From: Camelus dromedarius
Lineage: Eukaryota
Assembly: GCF_036321535.1 (NCBI RefSeq)
Contig: NC_087437.1
Coordinates: 88,910,001-88,974,000 of the forward strand
DNA length: 64,000 nt
Direction of reading: 5' to 3'
Below the pieces are notes generated by a model that saw nothing but the letters and a program-made list of their open reading frames with translations, was not told where the DNA came from and searched no databases. Every line of letters begins with the position of its first letter. The stretch's first letter is position 1. The translations under genes and the position numbers were made by a program. Positions 50,786 to 64,000 of this stretch are shown here, piece after piece.

Positions 50786-53250
50786 ATGGCAATAAACACA
50801 CATCTATCAATAATTACTGTAAATGTCAATGGACTAAATGCTCTAATTAAAAGACATAGAGTGACAGACTGGATAATAAAACAAGAACCTAAAATATACT
50901 GCATACAAGATACCCACTTTAGGGAGAAGGACACACATAGATTGAGAATGAGAAGATGGAAAAAGATATTCCATGCAGATGGAAATGACAAGAAAGCAGG
51001 AGTAGCAATACTGATTTCAGACAAAATAGACTTTGAAACAAAGGCCATAAAGTAAGATAAAGAAGGACATTATATAATGACTAAAGGAGCAATACAAGAT
51101 GAGGGTATTACCCTAGATAACATATGTGCACCCAATTTAGGAGCACCTAAATACATAAAGCAAATACTAACAGATATAAAGGAACACAAGGATGGTTCAC
51201 CATACGCAAATCAATCAATGTGATACACATCAACAAAATGGACAAAAACCACATGATCATCTCAATAGATGCAGAAAAAAAATTTGAAAAAATCAACACC
51301 CATGTAGGATAAAAACACTTACCAAAATGGGTATAGAGGGAACATATCTCAACATAATATAAGGTATTTATGACAAACCTATAGCCAGCATAGTACTCAA
51401 CAGTGAAAAGCTGAAAACTTTCCCACTAAAATCTGATACTAGACAGGGTTGTCCACTCTCACCACTTCTGTTCAACATAGTCTTGGAAGTCCTAGCTACA
51501 GCAATCAGGCAAGAAAAAATAAATAAATAAAAGGGATCCAAATTGGAAAAGAAGTGATAAAACTGTCACTATATGTAGACAACATGAAAAAATATATATA
51601 AAAAGCCATAAAGGCTTCACACAAGAACTACTAGAACTAATAAAAGAATTCAGCAAGGTAGCAGGATATGAGATTAATGTACAAAAATCAGTTGCATTTC
51701 TTTACACTAACAATGAATCAACAGGAAAAGAAAATAAACAATCCCCTTTAAAATAGCACCCAAAGTAATAAAATACCTAGGAATAAATCTAACAAAGGAG
51801 GTGAAAGTCTTATACATGGAGAACTACAAAACATTGATTAAGGAAATTAAAGAAGACTTAAAAAAAATGGAGGAAATCCCATGTTCCTGGATTGGAAGAA
51901 TCAATATTGTTAAAATGGCCATACTACCCAAGGCAATCTACAGATTCAATGCAATCCTTATCAAATTACCCAGGACATATTTCATAGAACTAGAACAAAT
52001 CATATTAAAATTTATACAGAATCACAAAAGACCCAGAATTGCCAATGAATTACTGAAGAAAAAGAATGAGGCTGGAGGAATAACCCTCCCAGACTTCAGA
52101 CAATACTAAAGAGCTACAGTAATCAAAACAGCATGGTACTGGTACAAAAACATACATATGGATCAATGGAACAGAATAGAGAGCCAGAAATGAACATTTG
52201 GTCAATTACTCTTTGACAAAGGAGGCAAGAACATACAATGGAATAAAGACAGTCTCTTCTGCAAATGGTATTGGGAAAACTGGACAGCAGCATGTAAATC
52301 AATGAAGTTAGAATACTCTCTCACACCATACACACAAATAAACTCAAAATGGCTTAAAGACTTAAACATAAGACAAGACACAATAAATCTCCTAAAAGAA
52401 AACATAGGCAAAACATTATCTCACATACATCTCAGCAATGTTCTCCTAGAGCAGTATACCCAAACAATCGAAATAAAAGCAAAACTAAACAAATGGAACC
52501 TAATTAAACTTACATGCTTTTGCACAGCAAAGGAAACCATAAGCAAAACAAGACAACAACCTAAGGAATGGGAGAGAATGTTTGCAAAAGACGAAACTGA
52601 CAAGGGCTTGATTTCCAGAATATATAAACAGGCCATACGACTTAATAAGAAAAAACAAACAAACAACCGAATCCAAAAATGGGCAGAAGACCTAAACAAG
52701 CAATTCTCCAGTGAAGACATATGAATGACCAATAGACACATGAAAAAATACTCAATATCACTAATTATCAGAGAAATGCAAATCAAAATGACAATGAGGT
52801 ATCATCTCACACCAGTCAGAATGGCCATCATTCAAAAGTCCACAAATGATAAATGCTGGAGAGGGTATGGAGAAAAGGGAACCCTCCTATACTATGGGTA
52901 GGAATGCAGTTTGGTGCAGCCGTTGTGGAAAATAGTATGGAGATTCCTCAAAAGACTAAAAATACTTACCATATGACCCAGCAATCCCACTCCTGGGCAT
53001 GTATCCAGAAGAAACCTTAATTCAAAAAGACACATGCACCCCAATGTTCATAGCAGCACTATTTACAATAGCTAAGACATGGAAACAGCGTAAATGTCCA
53101 TCAACAGATGATTGGATAAAGATGTGGCGTATTTATACAATGGAATACTACTCAGCCATAAAAATGATAAAATAATGCTATTTGCAGCAACATGGATGTT
53201 TCTGGACAATGTCTTCTAAGTGAAGTAAGCCAGAAAGAGAAAGAAAAATA
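50786..53250 (+). pseudogene. L1 ORF2p (endonuclease/reverse transcriptase), with multiple stops and an internal deletion
   Basis: EN motif ITVNVNGLN..KRHRV..CIQDTH; RT QGWF..RKSINVI and [19 protein letters not shown]; catalytic YADD reads YVDN (51572-51583); [13 protein letters not shown]; decayed C-terminal zinc knuckle. Confidence 0.95.
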
Positions 53251-54054
53251 CCTTTATGATACCACTTATCTGTGGAATCAAAAAAAAAAAGAAAGAAAGA
53301 CAAATGAACTTATATATAAAATAGGAAAGACTCCCAGACATAGAATACAGACTTGTGGTTACCGAGGAGCTGGGGGTGGGGGGATAAACTAGGAGTTCAA
53401 GATTTGCAGATACTGACTGGTATATATAAAATAGATAAACAAGTTTATACCGTATAGCACAGGGAAATATATTCAATATCTTGTAGTAGCTTACGGTGAA
53501 AAAGAATATGAAAATGAATATATGTATATTCATGTATGACTGAAGAATTGTGTTGTACACCAGAAATTAATACAACATTGTAAACTGACTATACCTCAAT
53601 TTAAAAAAAAAACTGAGAAAATAATATAAATTCTGATCCATTGGCAAATATAGATTTTATTGCTATAGATCCGATGTTTTTGGCAGGAAAATGTAAGGAG
53701 ATGTGAGATGAGAAGGAACTAAAATGGAATTTTGTTCTTGTTTAAACCTTAGACCCTAAGTCTATTTAGAAGAAATAGATTGCAAGGATCAAGGATTCGT
53801 AGGTGGAAAGAGGAATGAAAAATCAAAATGTATTTTAAAATGTTGCATTCTGAGTCCTCTTTCTTCAACTCTGAGCTCCCAGGGGTTTCCTTTCCCTCTA
53901 GGGGAGAGAAGAGTCAGCAGAACTAATAGCAGAGGAAAAGATAATGGGGAAGAAAGAAAGAAAGAAACTTTCTGTTTTAGTTTTAGATTTATAAAATTTT
54001 GCAAAGAAAGTTGAGAAAGAAGAGAATTTGTTACAACTAACACACTGACATTAA

Positions 54055-54640
54055 TACATTTGTATTGTCTAAAGTCTATCTTTTATTTAAATTTCTTCAG
54101 TGTTTACCTTAAATTTCCTTTTTCTGTTCAGGATCCCGTCTAGGATACCTCATTACATTTAGTTGGCACGTCTCCTGAGGCTCTTCTAGACTATAACTCT
54201 TTCTCAAACTTTCCTCATTTTTAAAGACCGTGGCAGTTTTTAGGAGTTCAGGTACCTTGGATTTACCCTGTTTCTCTCATGACTGTAGAGTGTGAAACTG
54301 GGGAAAAGAACCACAGAAGTAACATACCGTTCTCATCGCATCATATCAAGGGTACAAACTGTCAACATAGCTTTTCACTGATGCTAATCCTAATTACCTG
54401 GTTGAGGTGCTGTTTGCCACGTTCCTCCTTTGTAAAGCTGCTGTCCCTTCCTTCCAAGTTGTTGTCTTTGCAAGAAAATCCTTAAGTGGAACCAACATTC
54501 AGCAGGTAGAGAGTGATGCTCCCCTCCTTAAGGGAGGAGCATCTGTATATAACTTCTTTGGAATTCTTCCATATAAGAGATTTACCTATTCTTCCACTTT
54601 TATATATTTGTGCAATCACTTATTTATATCAATATGGATG
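54055..54640 (-). mobile_element. Old L1MC-type 3'UTR fragment
   Basis: tttctgttcaggatcccgtctaggatacctcattacatttagttggcacgtctcc. Confidence 0.65.
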
Positions 54641-55261
54641 AAGCCATTTTTAAGGAAGTAAATAACATCATTTAGTGTTTTCTATGCTACAAGACCTGTG
54701 TTAAGTATAGCATCCATTAATTCAAGTAATCCTAGCCATAACCAATTTGGGACTTGTAAATATGTGTATATATATGTATGTAAACACAATTTTCTCATTA
54801 TTGATGAATCAAATCTCAGTCTTAGCAACTTCACTTCTACAAGAAATATATTATGTATCTAACTGTTTTGGCCATGTAACTGAGATTTTAAGTTTCTCTT
54901 TGACTCCAAGAAATGGGTGGGATTTTGTAATTATTTTGTTTTTGGTAACTCCTATTCTTAAAGCATCAAATATGAGCTTCATGGAATCCTTGAAAACATT
55001 CTGATGAGGTAGAGGTAACTGCAGCTGTGGCCCTAAGTAGCTTTGCTAACCACTACAATAAGTGTCTGGTCCATGGTAAGAGTATAGATCTGTCTGACAG
55101 CAACCACTACTCTTTATAGCCTGTGTCCATTGATCTCTATGCTGTATGAATCTGTATCATTTACAGCTCTTTTAAACACTGAATTTATGAGAAGAGGATA
55201 AAACTATATGTTTGCATCCCTTGTCTAGTTGAGAGCTTTGGAAAAATTGCATATCTATTCA

Positions 55262-55428
55262 AAACTTATGATTCTGTATCTGTAAATTGGGAGGAGGGAG
55301 CAATGATGATGACAGTAATAGCTATTGTAAGGGTTAAATAAAGTGATGATTGAGTAGAGTTCTTTGCATGGTGCCTGGTACGGAGTAGGCACTCACTTTG
55401 TGTTAGCTGATATTGTCAGTATCATTAC
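55262..55428 (+). mobile_element. MIR 3' half
   Basis: atctgtaaattggg..ttgtaagggttaaataaag..gcatggtgcctggtacggagtaggcactca. Confidence 0.65.
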
Positions 55429-55469
55429 TGTGTTCTTTACTTGTTCCATGTTTCTATATGTGAGATGGT

Positions 55470-55891
55470 CTTACGTTTTAGGTTAGTTTTCCTGGAAGAC
55501 AAGCCTGAGCCAGATTCTTATCTATAAGTGATCAGGGCATGAGGCAGGCAGGCAAGAAAGGGAAGAGAGTAAACAAAGCTATGATCAGGTGAATCTAAGA
55601 CTCAGCCGGATCCCGTGGAGACTTCTGGAATATATATTCTTCTGCCAAAATTGTTCCACTTAATGGTGATAGAGCTGGACTCTTGTATGTTGCATGCGTC
55701 AGTCGTGGGCTGTGCTATGGAGGGGAAAGCAGGAGAATGGTATTGGTGTAAAATCTCAGGCACAACCCGGGAGTCCATGGACCCACCTCAGAAGAAGGTT
55801 TCCCAGATGCAAAGCATCACCAACAAAGTAATGGAGAACCAGTAACAGGCACTGGATGAGATGGGGCAGGGCACCAAAAGTGGCCAGTACA
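55470..55891 (-). mobile_element. Old ERVL LTR (LTR16-like)
   Basis: ttaggttagttttcctggaagacaagcctgag..ggatcccgtggagacttctgga..gggcaccaaaagtggccagtaca. Confidence 0.6.
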
Positions 55892-56217
55892 ATCTTTTCT
55901 CCACAACTATATAGTAAGATTCCTATAGGCGAGACATTTAGTAGAATTAAAAATACTTCTTAAACTCCACAGATTTAGAGTAACGAGTTTTTAAAAGAAA
56001 AATTGGGACGTTATAGGTCTGCTTGGAACCTTTTCTTTAAACAAAATAACTTAGTTTGTTGTGGTTATTTTATTTTTTTCATGATTATTTTGTTCACATT
56101 GGTCCATGCTAGAGATGGCTTAGTTCTCTTCCTGGAAACTAAAATATTTATCAAGAACTATTCATAGAAACATGTGGATGGAACCACCACTTCCAATAAA
56201 ATGTCACAAAAGTTGTA

Positions 56218-56378
56218 GAGCTGTGGTTCTCTAGCTCATGGTACATACACCCCCCCTCCTTTGTTTAGTACTTCTTTGTCCCCACCCCTAGATACTCTGA
56301 TTCATTTGGTATGGGGTGAGGCCTGGGTTTTCATTTGCTTTCAAAGCTTCCCAGCCCAGATTGAGAACAACCAGACTG
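56218..56378. mobile_element. MER5-like DNA transposon relic
   Basis: ctgtggttctc..ctctgattcatttggtatggggtgaggcctggg..ttgagaacaac. Confidence 0.55.
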
Positions 56379-58715
56379 CAGTAAAAATTAGCCAGTTGGA
56401 AAATTTTAAATTGCCTAACTCCTTCAAAATGCAAGCAAAGAAATCTGCCTCATCTTGAAATTGTTGTATGAAAAAAACATCAGAAAGGTATATGATGATA
56501 TTTGAAGTGATAATATTAAGAAAAATATAGATTATTTCAGAGTACAACAAAGTGTTCATTCCCAATGATCCAGAAAATGCAGACATTCTATTACCTTTCC
56601 TATCCCCTCCAAAACAATCAGAGTCCTGGGTCTGAAAGAATATTAGTTAAACCATTTGAGTGAACTGATGCATGAACTCAGGCAGACAGATAATGGAGTT
56701 AAAGTGCTAGGACAGGTATACATGCAAACACAGCCAAAGTAGTGTACATTCAAAAATTAAGCACTCAGAACTAACTACAAGTGTCCGAGAGAAACTCAAA
56801 CTGGTATTATTTAGTTGATATAGTTAAACCAGCTCTAACACAATTCTAGTCAGATGCAAAGGCAGTGAAATGCATGTCACAATATTTTCCTTCCTCTGAA
56901 ATTAACATTAAAAGTTTCAGTAGCATATTTAAGAAATGAAAACAACTGAAACCATTTTAATTCCTTTATCGGCTATTAAAGGAATGATGATGTTTTAAAT
57001 TAGCTTCTAAATAATCATAATTTCCTCCCACATATTCATCTGTCAGCACTATCTCTTAAGTTATACCTGTACTTATAAGAAATACAATTTATAGAATTAT
57101 CAAAGATAAACATGTTACATACCCTTATAATTACTTTTTTTCTAAACATTGAGCTCTAGCTTTTTGAGGGAATAAGACCATTGATGATTTACTAGAAAAG
57201 AAAAAGTTTGAATTTTGCCCCCTCAACAAACTTAAGGTCTTCAGTTTAAAAAAAAAAATTCTACTCTGATTGTCACTGTAATTTTATGATGATTACATTT
57301 AGAAAACTCCAGTTTTTCCTGACCACAAACAGTTAAAAAAAAAAGTTCCCATTAGGTTTCTGCTGGCTCTTTCGAGTTTGCCAGATAAATGTCTCAGTTG
57401 AAAGCTGTAACTGTGATTTATTGGGCTTGAAATATGAAGCATATCTTTCATGTTGGAATTTTAAATATCTTATTAAGCAATGGTAAGGTCTATTCAGTAC
57501 TTAATCAAAACAAACCACAAAACAATTATGTGTGGGACTTAGCCCTCTCTCAGGAACCACCAGCTAGTGGAGATGGAGGAAGAAAATATTCTCGTATTCT
57601 CAAAGTCTTATTTCACTTTCCAGCAGTGTTTCAAAAACTACTGTCTCTCCAGATTTACACACCTAGCAAACATTTGGGTGCAGGTAAACATATACATTTA
57701 CAAGAGCAACTTTTTTGTGCACAAGACCTACATCTTGAAATATCTGGCAAAGTTGCCTATTATTGTCCTCAGTAAAATGAGGAGAGTGGGCCTCAGTTAT
57801 TTTGAGGGAGATGGCAAAATACAGGTAGCATATGTTAACTCAATTTTCACTCATGTTTCAGAATACACTTTTCAACTCTTATAAAAGCATGTTTGCATGC
57901 TTCTGCAAAAATCCTTCATGGATATTTTAAATATTTGGAAAATACTGCTTCTTGGTTTTTTTTTAGTGAAATCTAGTCTTTTAAAAATATACTTCTACTT
58001 CTGGTTTTTCCTTTTTGATTTTTTTTTTCCTCTGTGACAACAATGGTGTTATATAATGTGAGGGGAAGTGCATTTTAAAATGATGGTAGTTAAGCTTATT
58101 AATCTATTGGAAGAAAATGGACAACCAGGGACACATGCCAGAAACATCATTTTAATTTTAACAAAAACAATAAAGTAAGAACTTTTTGCTCGGCAAAATA
58201 CTGAAAAATGGACAGGACTGAATAAAAATGAACATTTTGTTCAAAAAAGTCATGAGCAGCTCTGGAATGGTAAGTACAGAATTACACTCACCTTTATGTG
58301 AATTAGAGAGTTGAGGTACAACTGGCTACTTAATTGGTCTGGTTGTAACACCGCTGTTACCTTCATCAGGAAGTGTAGAATTGGATAAATGAAAGTACAG
58401 AGCTTTTATTAAATTTTAATTGTATTTTATTAAGGCACAGAAAAAAAAAGACTTTTTTGTGGTTTTATTATTATCATGGTAATTTGCCAAGAGAAGAATT
58501 TTAATGGTTTAAATGCTAATTATTCAAAGATAGATTAAGCTCTACACAAAGAAAAACGGTTGCTTGGAGAGTTGGACATGCTAAGGAATAAAAGATAACA
58601 TTTGATACAACAACCCATGCTGATCCTTTAAAAAGGAAAACAGTTGGATTAAGAAAAATCTGCATTTCATGAGAAGCCAAAGGAATACAGAAAACCATGA
58701 CAAAGACAAATAAAT

Positions 58716-59110
58716 ATTCATTCATTCAACGAATGTTTATTAATTGCCTGCTTTGTGTACCAGTAACTTTTAATTACTGGATATACAAAGTCAAATTATA
58801 CATGGTCTTGCCCTTGAGGGGGTGAGTGGGAGGCAGGGAGAGATGTAAATCAACAATAGTATAGGACAGTGCTGGAAAGGATTGGAGTTCTGTAGAATTC
58901 CAAACAGAGGGAACTGTGGGAGCAAAAGTGGGGAACGGAAGTTCCTCCAGAAACTAATATTTACACTGAATTTTGAGGCAGTAGGAAATATTCAATGTAA
59001 ACCGGGCAAATGCAGGAAAGCAGAGAAATAGCAGGAACTGGAGAAGTAGGCAGGGGCCAGATAACAAAAGGTCCTTTTGGCCAAGATAAAGCGTGGGAAA
59101 TTTATCTGAA
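58716..59110 (-). mobile_element. L2 3' end
   Basis: attcattcattcaacgaatgtttattaattgcctgctttgtgtaccag. Confidence 0.7.
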
Positions 59111-59324
59111 ATTTTAGGGAGGAGCCACTGAGATCCCTCCACCCCCACTTAAACTGAGGTAAAATTTACGTATACTGAAATACACTTACTGGAAGATTCT
59201 TCGTAGGCAGAGGATATAGTGAGATTTTCATGTTAGAAAGATTTGTTGGCAGCAGGGTGGGGAACAAGCCATCTACCACCTGTCTTTATAGCAGTCATCT
59301 TAAATACGCCAGGTGTCTCAGAGA

Positions 59325-59669
59325 TGTTTGCTGCTTGCCAAATGTCTACGTGCTCTCATACTTTTCCTACCTCCTTTCAGGTAGGCAAGACCATGTGATC
59401 AGTTCTGGCTGATAAACTGTGTCAAAGGATGAAAAGATTTGGCAAGGGCTCCTCCAGCTTCCTTTCTTCCCTTTGGTGACCCCTGTGCTCTGTATGGTGC
59501 GGCCTTAACATGGAGAGCCTCTGTCAGCCCGATTCCCTAAATGACTGTGTGGAACAGGGTCCACTTAATCCCTCCTCCACCCTCCACTCACCAGCCTAGA
59601 TGGGTTACAATGTGAACTGAAAAAAAAAAAATGTTTATTCTTGTGACAATGTCTGACTTAACCTAATAC
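59325..59669 (+). mobile_element. MaLR LTR (MLT1J-like)
   Basis: aggtaggcaagaccatgtgatcagttctggc..ccctaaatgactgtgtggaacag..ctaatac. Confidence 0.6.
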
Positions 59670-60020
59670 TGAAAGGGAGCAGGACCCTGTGGGCCCCCAC
59701 CCCCACCCCTGCCTTTCTTTTGTTTATAGAAAAGCTGAAGTCTCCCTGGCCTCCCTAATCATAGAAGAGCAGGCTGAAGCAGTTGATTTGGACAAGCCTG
59801 CAGGCATTGGGGGGATGGCAATGACTCTGACCACCTATCTCAACGATTAACTGAGATTACTCCCCCACTTCCCTTTAGAACTTTCAGGGCTGAACAGACT
59901 CTTTGGAGATGTTTTTTTTAGGGGGGGGGGGTGGATATTGGGTTTACCAGACTGCAGCCATTCTGGTTAAAAGCAACTCTCCTTCTTGTTACCAAGGCTG
60001 CTGCCCCCAATTTCTTTACA
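59670..60020 (+). mobile_element. Solo ERV-type LTR inserted at the MLT1 3' end
   Basis: TGAAAGGGAGCAGG...TTCTTTACA termini; GC-rich body; boundaries approximate. Confidence 0.55.
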
Positions 60021-60079
60021 ATCAGAAAAGACCTTTCGAAGCTATAACCACATGTACCATGTACATTCATGCCATAAGC

Positions 60080-61110
60080 TCTTCTTTCCATCCTGTAACT
60101 GTGCCTAAGTCATCTTAAACCTTTCCTAGGCTAACTTCTCTACTTCTGAATTTGAGTTCAGCTCTCCTACCTATTTATGAATATGGCTCCAGAACTTCAA
60201 TTCTTTGCAATGATCACATTTTTCTCCCTTGAATCATTCTTGCCAACATGCAAAGATACTATATCAACTTCAAACACTTTTCTTGACCCTATATTTTCTT
60301 ACTTTTACTATCCCCACCTCTGTTCTCTATAGCAATCTCCTCGAAAAGTATACTATTTCAGTCCTATACCCCCTTCCCATTCTTTCTTGAATTTTGTCCA
60401 TTTAGCTTTTCCCCCATCACTTTGCTGAAATTTCTTGTCAGTGTCTTGTCTTGTCAAGTGAGATTCATATTGCTAACCATAAGACAATTCTCAGGTCTCA
60501 GATTTCCCGATCACTTTCAATTCTCATATTTACTTCTACAGCCTGCACTGATTCCCTTGGCTCCAGATTTTTTAAATCAAGTTGTCCTCTTGATTATTTT
60601 TTACACACAGCACATTAACTTTTTTTAAATTTCTCTGCTTCTCCTCATCTCTATCATCGTCTCTTACTGGATTGTTGAGCCCCCTAACATCTCTGCCTAA
60701 TTCAGTGCTTGCCCCCGTCTGGTCTTTTCTCAAAATAGAAGTCAGAATGTTTCTTTGAACACTCAAGGACATCATGTTACTACTCTTCAAAATCCTCCAA
60801 TGGGTATTTTTCTCAGAGTAAAGTCCTTAAAATGATCTATAAAGTTCTGTGTTTCTGGGTTCCCAACTCTTCTCTGATTTTAACCATTTTTCCTCTTCTT
60901 CACTCACTCCGCTCTAACACTACCGGTCTCCTTTCTGTCACTATTGCATGCCAGGAAAGGGCCCTCTTCACTGCTCTCACGCTTGCTACTCACTCTATCT
61001 TCAATATCATTCCCCAAGAAACCTGTAGGTCTGGTTCCTTCGTGGCCTTTAGATATCTGCTCAAACATCACATTCTAACTAGGTCATCCCAAGCCATCCT
61101 AAATAAGCAG
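60080..61110 (+). mobile_element. L2 LINE fragments
   Basis: catcatgttactactcttcaaaatcctccaatggg; ctggttccttcgtggcctttagatatctgctcaaacatcac. Confidence 0.65.
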
Positions 61111-61559
61111 TCTTATTCTCTTGGCAATCATGTGAATTAGATATCAATTTTTATATTAGTTAAGAGAAAATGTTCATAAGATGATATCCTCATATTGAAA
61201 CAGGGGAAAGTAAAGCTCACAGAATAATGACTGCAGTGTTATTTTGTACCAGGCATTCTAAGTTCTTCATATATTTTAACTCATTTAATCATCATAAGAA
61301 CTCTATTATTATCCACAATTATCAAATAAAATATCTAGAATCACACAGTCACTATCTAAGCTGCATAGATAACTGAGACAGCTTTTTTGAATTAATGATC
61401 TTTTCTTCTCACTCTATGGGCTCCTGGTATTATCACTCAAATCATACAAAATCACGTTATTCATGATAAGTAGGTGCTTAAGGATTTTACTTTTCAATTA
61501 AATCTCTCCTCCTACAATTCTATGTTACTTTGAGTATAATGTTTAAAGTTGTAAAATAT

Positions 61560-62460
61560 TAAAACCCAGAGTAATTATAAATTTTCAGTTGTTGCCATCT
61601 CCATATAGGCTGTTTTGCTGTTCTTCAGTTTATATTGTAAATTGTAAATTGTTTATCACAATCCTGGTCTCCTCAGCAGATTGTCTGTTTCTCTTATGAA
61701 CAAACATAGAATTGTTCTAGAAATGTCAAGACATGACTTCTATTGTTTCTCTAATTTGCAATAATTTTAAACATCATTTGGCTGCTCAAATTACATTTTC
61801 TTTGTAAATGATCTATTAAAATATTCCCATGCTTCTGCCCATCACTTATCAAAGTATTATTTTGTACCATACACAGGAAGTTAATTATACTGCTCCCTAG
61901 TATATGTGAACCTCATCTTTTGTTTGATTTTCCCTTCACTTCTAATCTTCACTTTCCTCCCAATCATGCAGTTGAAATCCATTCTATTGTGTTTGATATG
62001 TCTTTAAACATTCATGTAATCATATAAAATATCTAGAATTATTTATATATGTGTGCTTTTAATTTTTAAATTTGGTATTGGGCTATAAATCATATTCTGC
62101 TTTTCATCTTTTTTTAGCTTAATGTTATTTTTAAATGTTATTTTTTAATATGCACATCTAGTTGTTTTTAATTGGTGAATAATATTTCACAAGTGTATTT
62201 CCACCTCATTTTTTCCCCCAGTCTTCCAGTTGCCTGAGGCTTCCTGCCCTTATGAAAGAAACACAGTAGATATCTGCCCACTTGATTTCAAATGGGCCAC
62301 ATGAGAATTTCTCTGATACATGCATTCAAAACTGGGATCTCAGCATCCCAGGGCTTTCTTTAACTTAATTATACTAAGTACTGCCAGTTACTTCCAGAAT
62401 GCTTGTGCCAATCTATATTATCAACAATAACTTATTTCTCTCATTTTTTTTCAATTTCCA
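61560..62460 (-). mobile_element. Very old L1 (L1ME-type) 3' remnant
   Basis: T-rich strand with L1-like antisense motifs (atgagaatttctctgatacatgc; ttccagaatgcttgtgccaatctatatta). Confidence 0.45.
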
Positions 62461-62757
62461 TTCTCTCTCATTTTTTGCTGGGTATCCCTAGTTATCTACA
62501 TGTATATCTTATATCTCATGTATGTTCCTGTATTGGCACTTTGTAACAAGATGATAAAGATTTGGATTAGGCCAAAATGTCTCTCTTGTAATATTAGACT
62601 AATATAGAGTAAAAGTAATTTGTGAGATAAATGTGGACTTTTTCCTGTGACTAGCTAGTTATTTGCTTTACTTTGGCTTATAGTTCCTTGGTTTTAGGTC
62701 CCATATATACAAACTTCTTAAAGACAGGAGCTGTGCTTTAGATATTGCAATATTTAT

Positions 62758-62960
62758 CCATTCATTTATATATGGAAAAATATTTATTGAGCACTTCTCT
62801 TTTTCCAGTAGTTTTCTAGGGACCTAATTATAGAGATATTAGTAAGACACGGTTTCTATCCTAAGCAGCTCAAGTCAATAGTGGAGAAAAGCATGAAAAT
62901 AAATTACAGAAATGCAGAAAGGACTACTGCCACAGAAGTATGCACACAAATGTGGGCCAT
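62758..62960 (-). mobile_element. L2 3' end
   Basis: aatatttattgagcacttct..ctagggacc..gtaagacacggtttctatcctaagcagctcaagtc. Confidence 0.6.
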
Positions 62961-64000
62961 CTCTTTTACGTTTTGTTTATGTTCCTCTGGCCTTGAGGCA
63001 TGAGAAAGTAGAGCAAGATACACATTTCAATTTTCTTTTTTATTCTTTTTATCTCGTTCTTTGTTACTGAAGAGCAAGTACTATGATAAGAAAACAAGGA
63101 AAACAACCTCTTAAACTTGAGTGAGTCAGAGTGGAACTCAAGAATGTTTTCTTTGAATGTGTACCTGAAGATTGACTTTGTAACCAAATTTTTTAAATTG
63201 AACAAATAATAACTAAATACTTTTTATGAGAGGTCCGGAGTGTTAATAAGCCAATGGAAAGCAAAATTCCACTTTTGATATAACAAAGTTAGTGAAGATG
63301 GACCTAGGTGAATCACATCTTGCTTCTGAAATGAGAGTTGGTCAGGAAATACGACCTTCAGAGTACATGATAATTTGTGAAGAGGGTATCTTAAGTGTAG
63401 CTTCTCACCTTTGAAGTTTCTTGGAATCAGTTCTTTGGGAAGATACCAAGTAGATTCAAGTCATAGTTTTATAGAAGTCTCTATGTGTTATCCGCCATAT
63501 GAATTTCAAGGTGTAGAGTCCAAAAGAAGGAAATAAAGGTTAGTGATAGATAGCACTGACAACTTTCTCCAATGAACTTGATAAATAAGACTTTTTCCCT
63601 TTTTTTTTCATGTTCTCAATTTGATTGGCATATGTAAGTAAGATAAGCTGATTAGAAATGAACTGTCATAAATTCTGGAACATTAAGAAATAATAGATTC
63701 AAAGAAGACAGAGGGAAATAAAAAATTGTCACATTATCAGAATTCTGCCTTGGAATGTTTCTTAGAGAAAGAAGTAATTGAGAAGAATCTTCAAAGGTGA
63801 CTCACCAGGTGATATCACTAGGTAAATGAGGGAGAAAGGAACATTTTTGGTAGAGAAACTAATGTCTGCAATGGCACAGAGGCATGAAATAGCATCCTTG
63901 TTCAGCAAGTTAAAAATAGTTCATTAATGGTGGAGCACAGACAGGGTTAGAAGGCCAGGAAGGCTGAGCTGTGTGAAATGAGCCTTGAGGGGTAGATCTC

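Larger units (their letters stand above)
47932..53612 (+). mobile_element. Near full-length, inactivated lineage-specific LINE-1
   Basis: 5' end with YY1-type caagatggc, 5'UTR, ORF1, spacer, ORF2, 3'UTR and polyA; TT|AAAA target site; TSD aaaaacagaaaataa (47917-47931) / aaaaactgagaaaataa (53608-53624). Confidence 0.97.

Noticed and set aside
47932..53612. Active retrotransposon or domesticated RT gene
   Set aside because: Stops and frameshifts in both ORFs, catalytic motif mutated to YVDN, large deletion
58264..58293. Opposed splice donors (+ g|gtaagt, - ag|gtgagt)
   Set aside because: No matching acceptors or open frames found; such motifs occur by chance in 64 kb
1..64000. Non-retroviral endogenous viral element, NUMT, or prokaryotic system (CRISPR, operon)
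   Set aside because: No viral or mitochondrial motifs in the ORF track or sequence by eye, and the DNA is clearly mammalian. A tBLASTx search is needed to exclude highly decayed elements

Overview
AT-rich mammalian non-coding DNA (intronic or intergenic) dominated by transposable-element remnants. A tRNA-Ala-like SINE with a target-site duplication (TSD; Vic-1-like) and three related young L1 3' ends point to a camelid genome (inference, no database search). The largest feature is a near full-length but dead L1 (47932-53612, +) with a 5'UTR, decayed ORF1/ORF2 and an internal ORF2 deletion of roughly 1.3 kb. There is also an old 5'-truncated L1 (3150-5470, -), many solo LTRs (ERV1-, ERVL- and MaLR-type), and L2, MIR and MER5 relics. 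I recognise no cellular protein-coding gene; all recognisable ORFs in the track are L1-derived. The most notable items are a probable L1 3' transduction (45400-45756), a ~90-bp diverged direct repeat flanking the old L1, an orphan CpG-rich promoter-like island (~47080-47515) next to the L1, and a few candidate exons. I found no convincing new biological system. Repeat subfamily names come from pattern recall and need RepeatMasker/Dfam confirmation.
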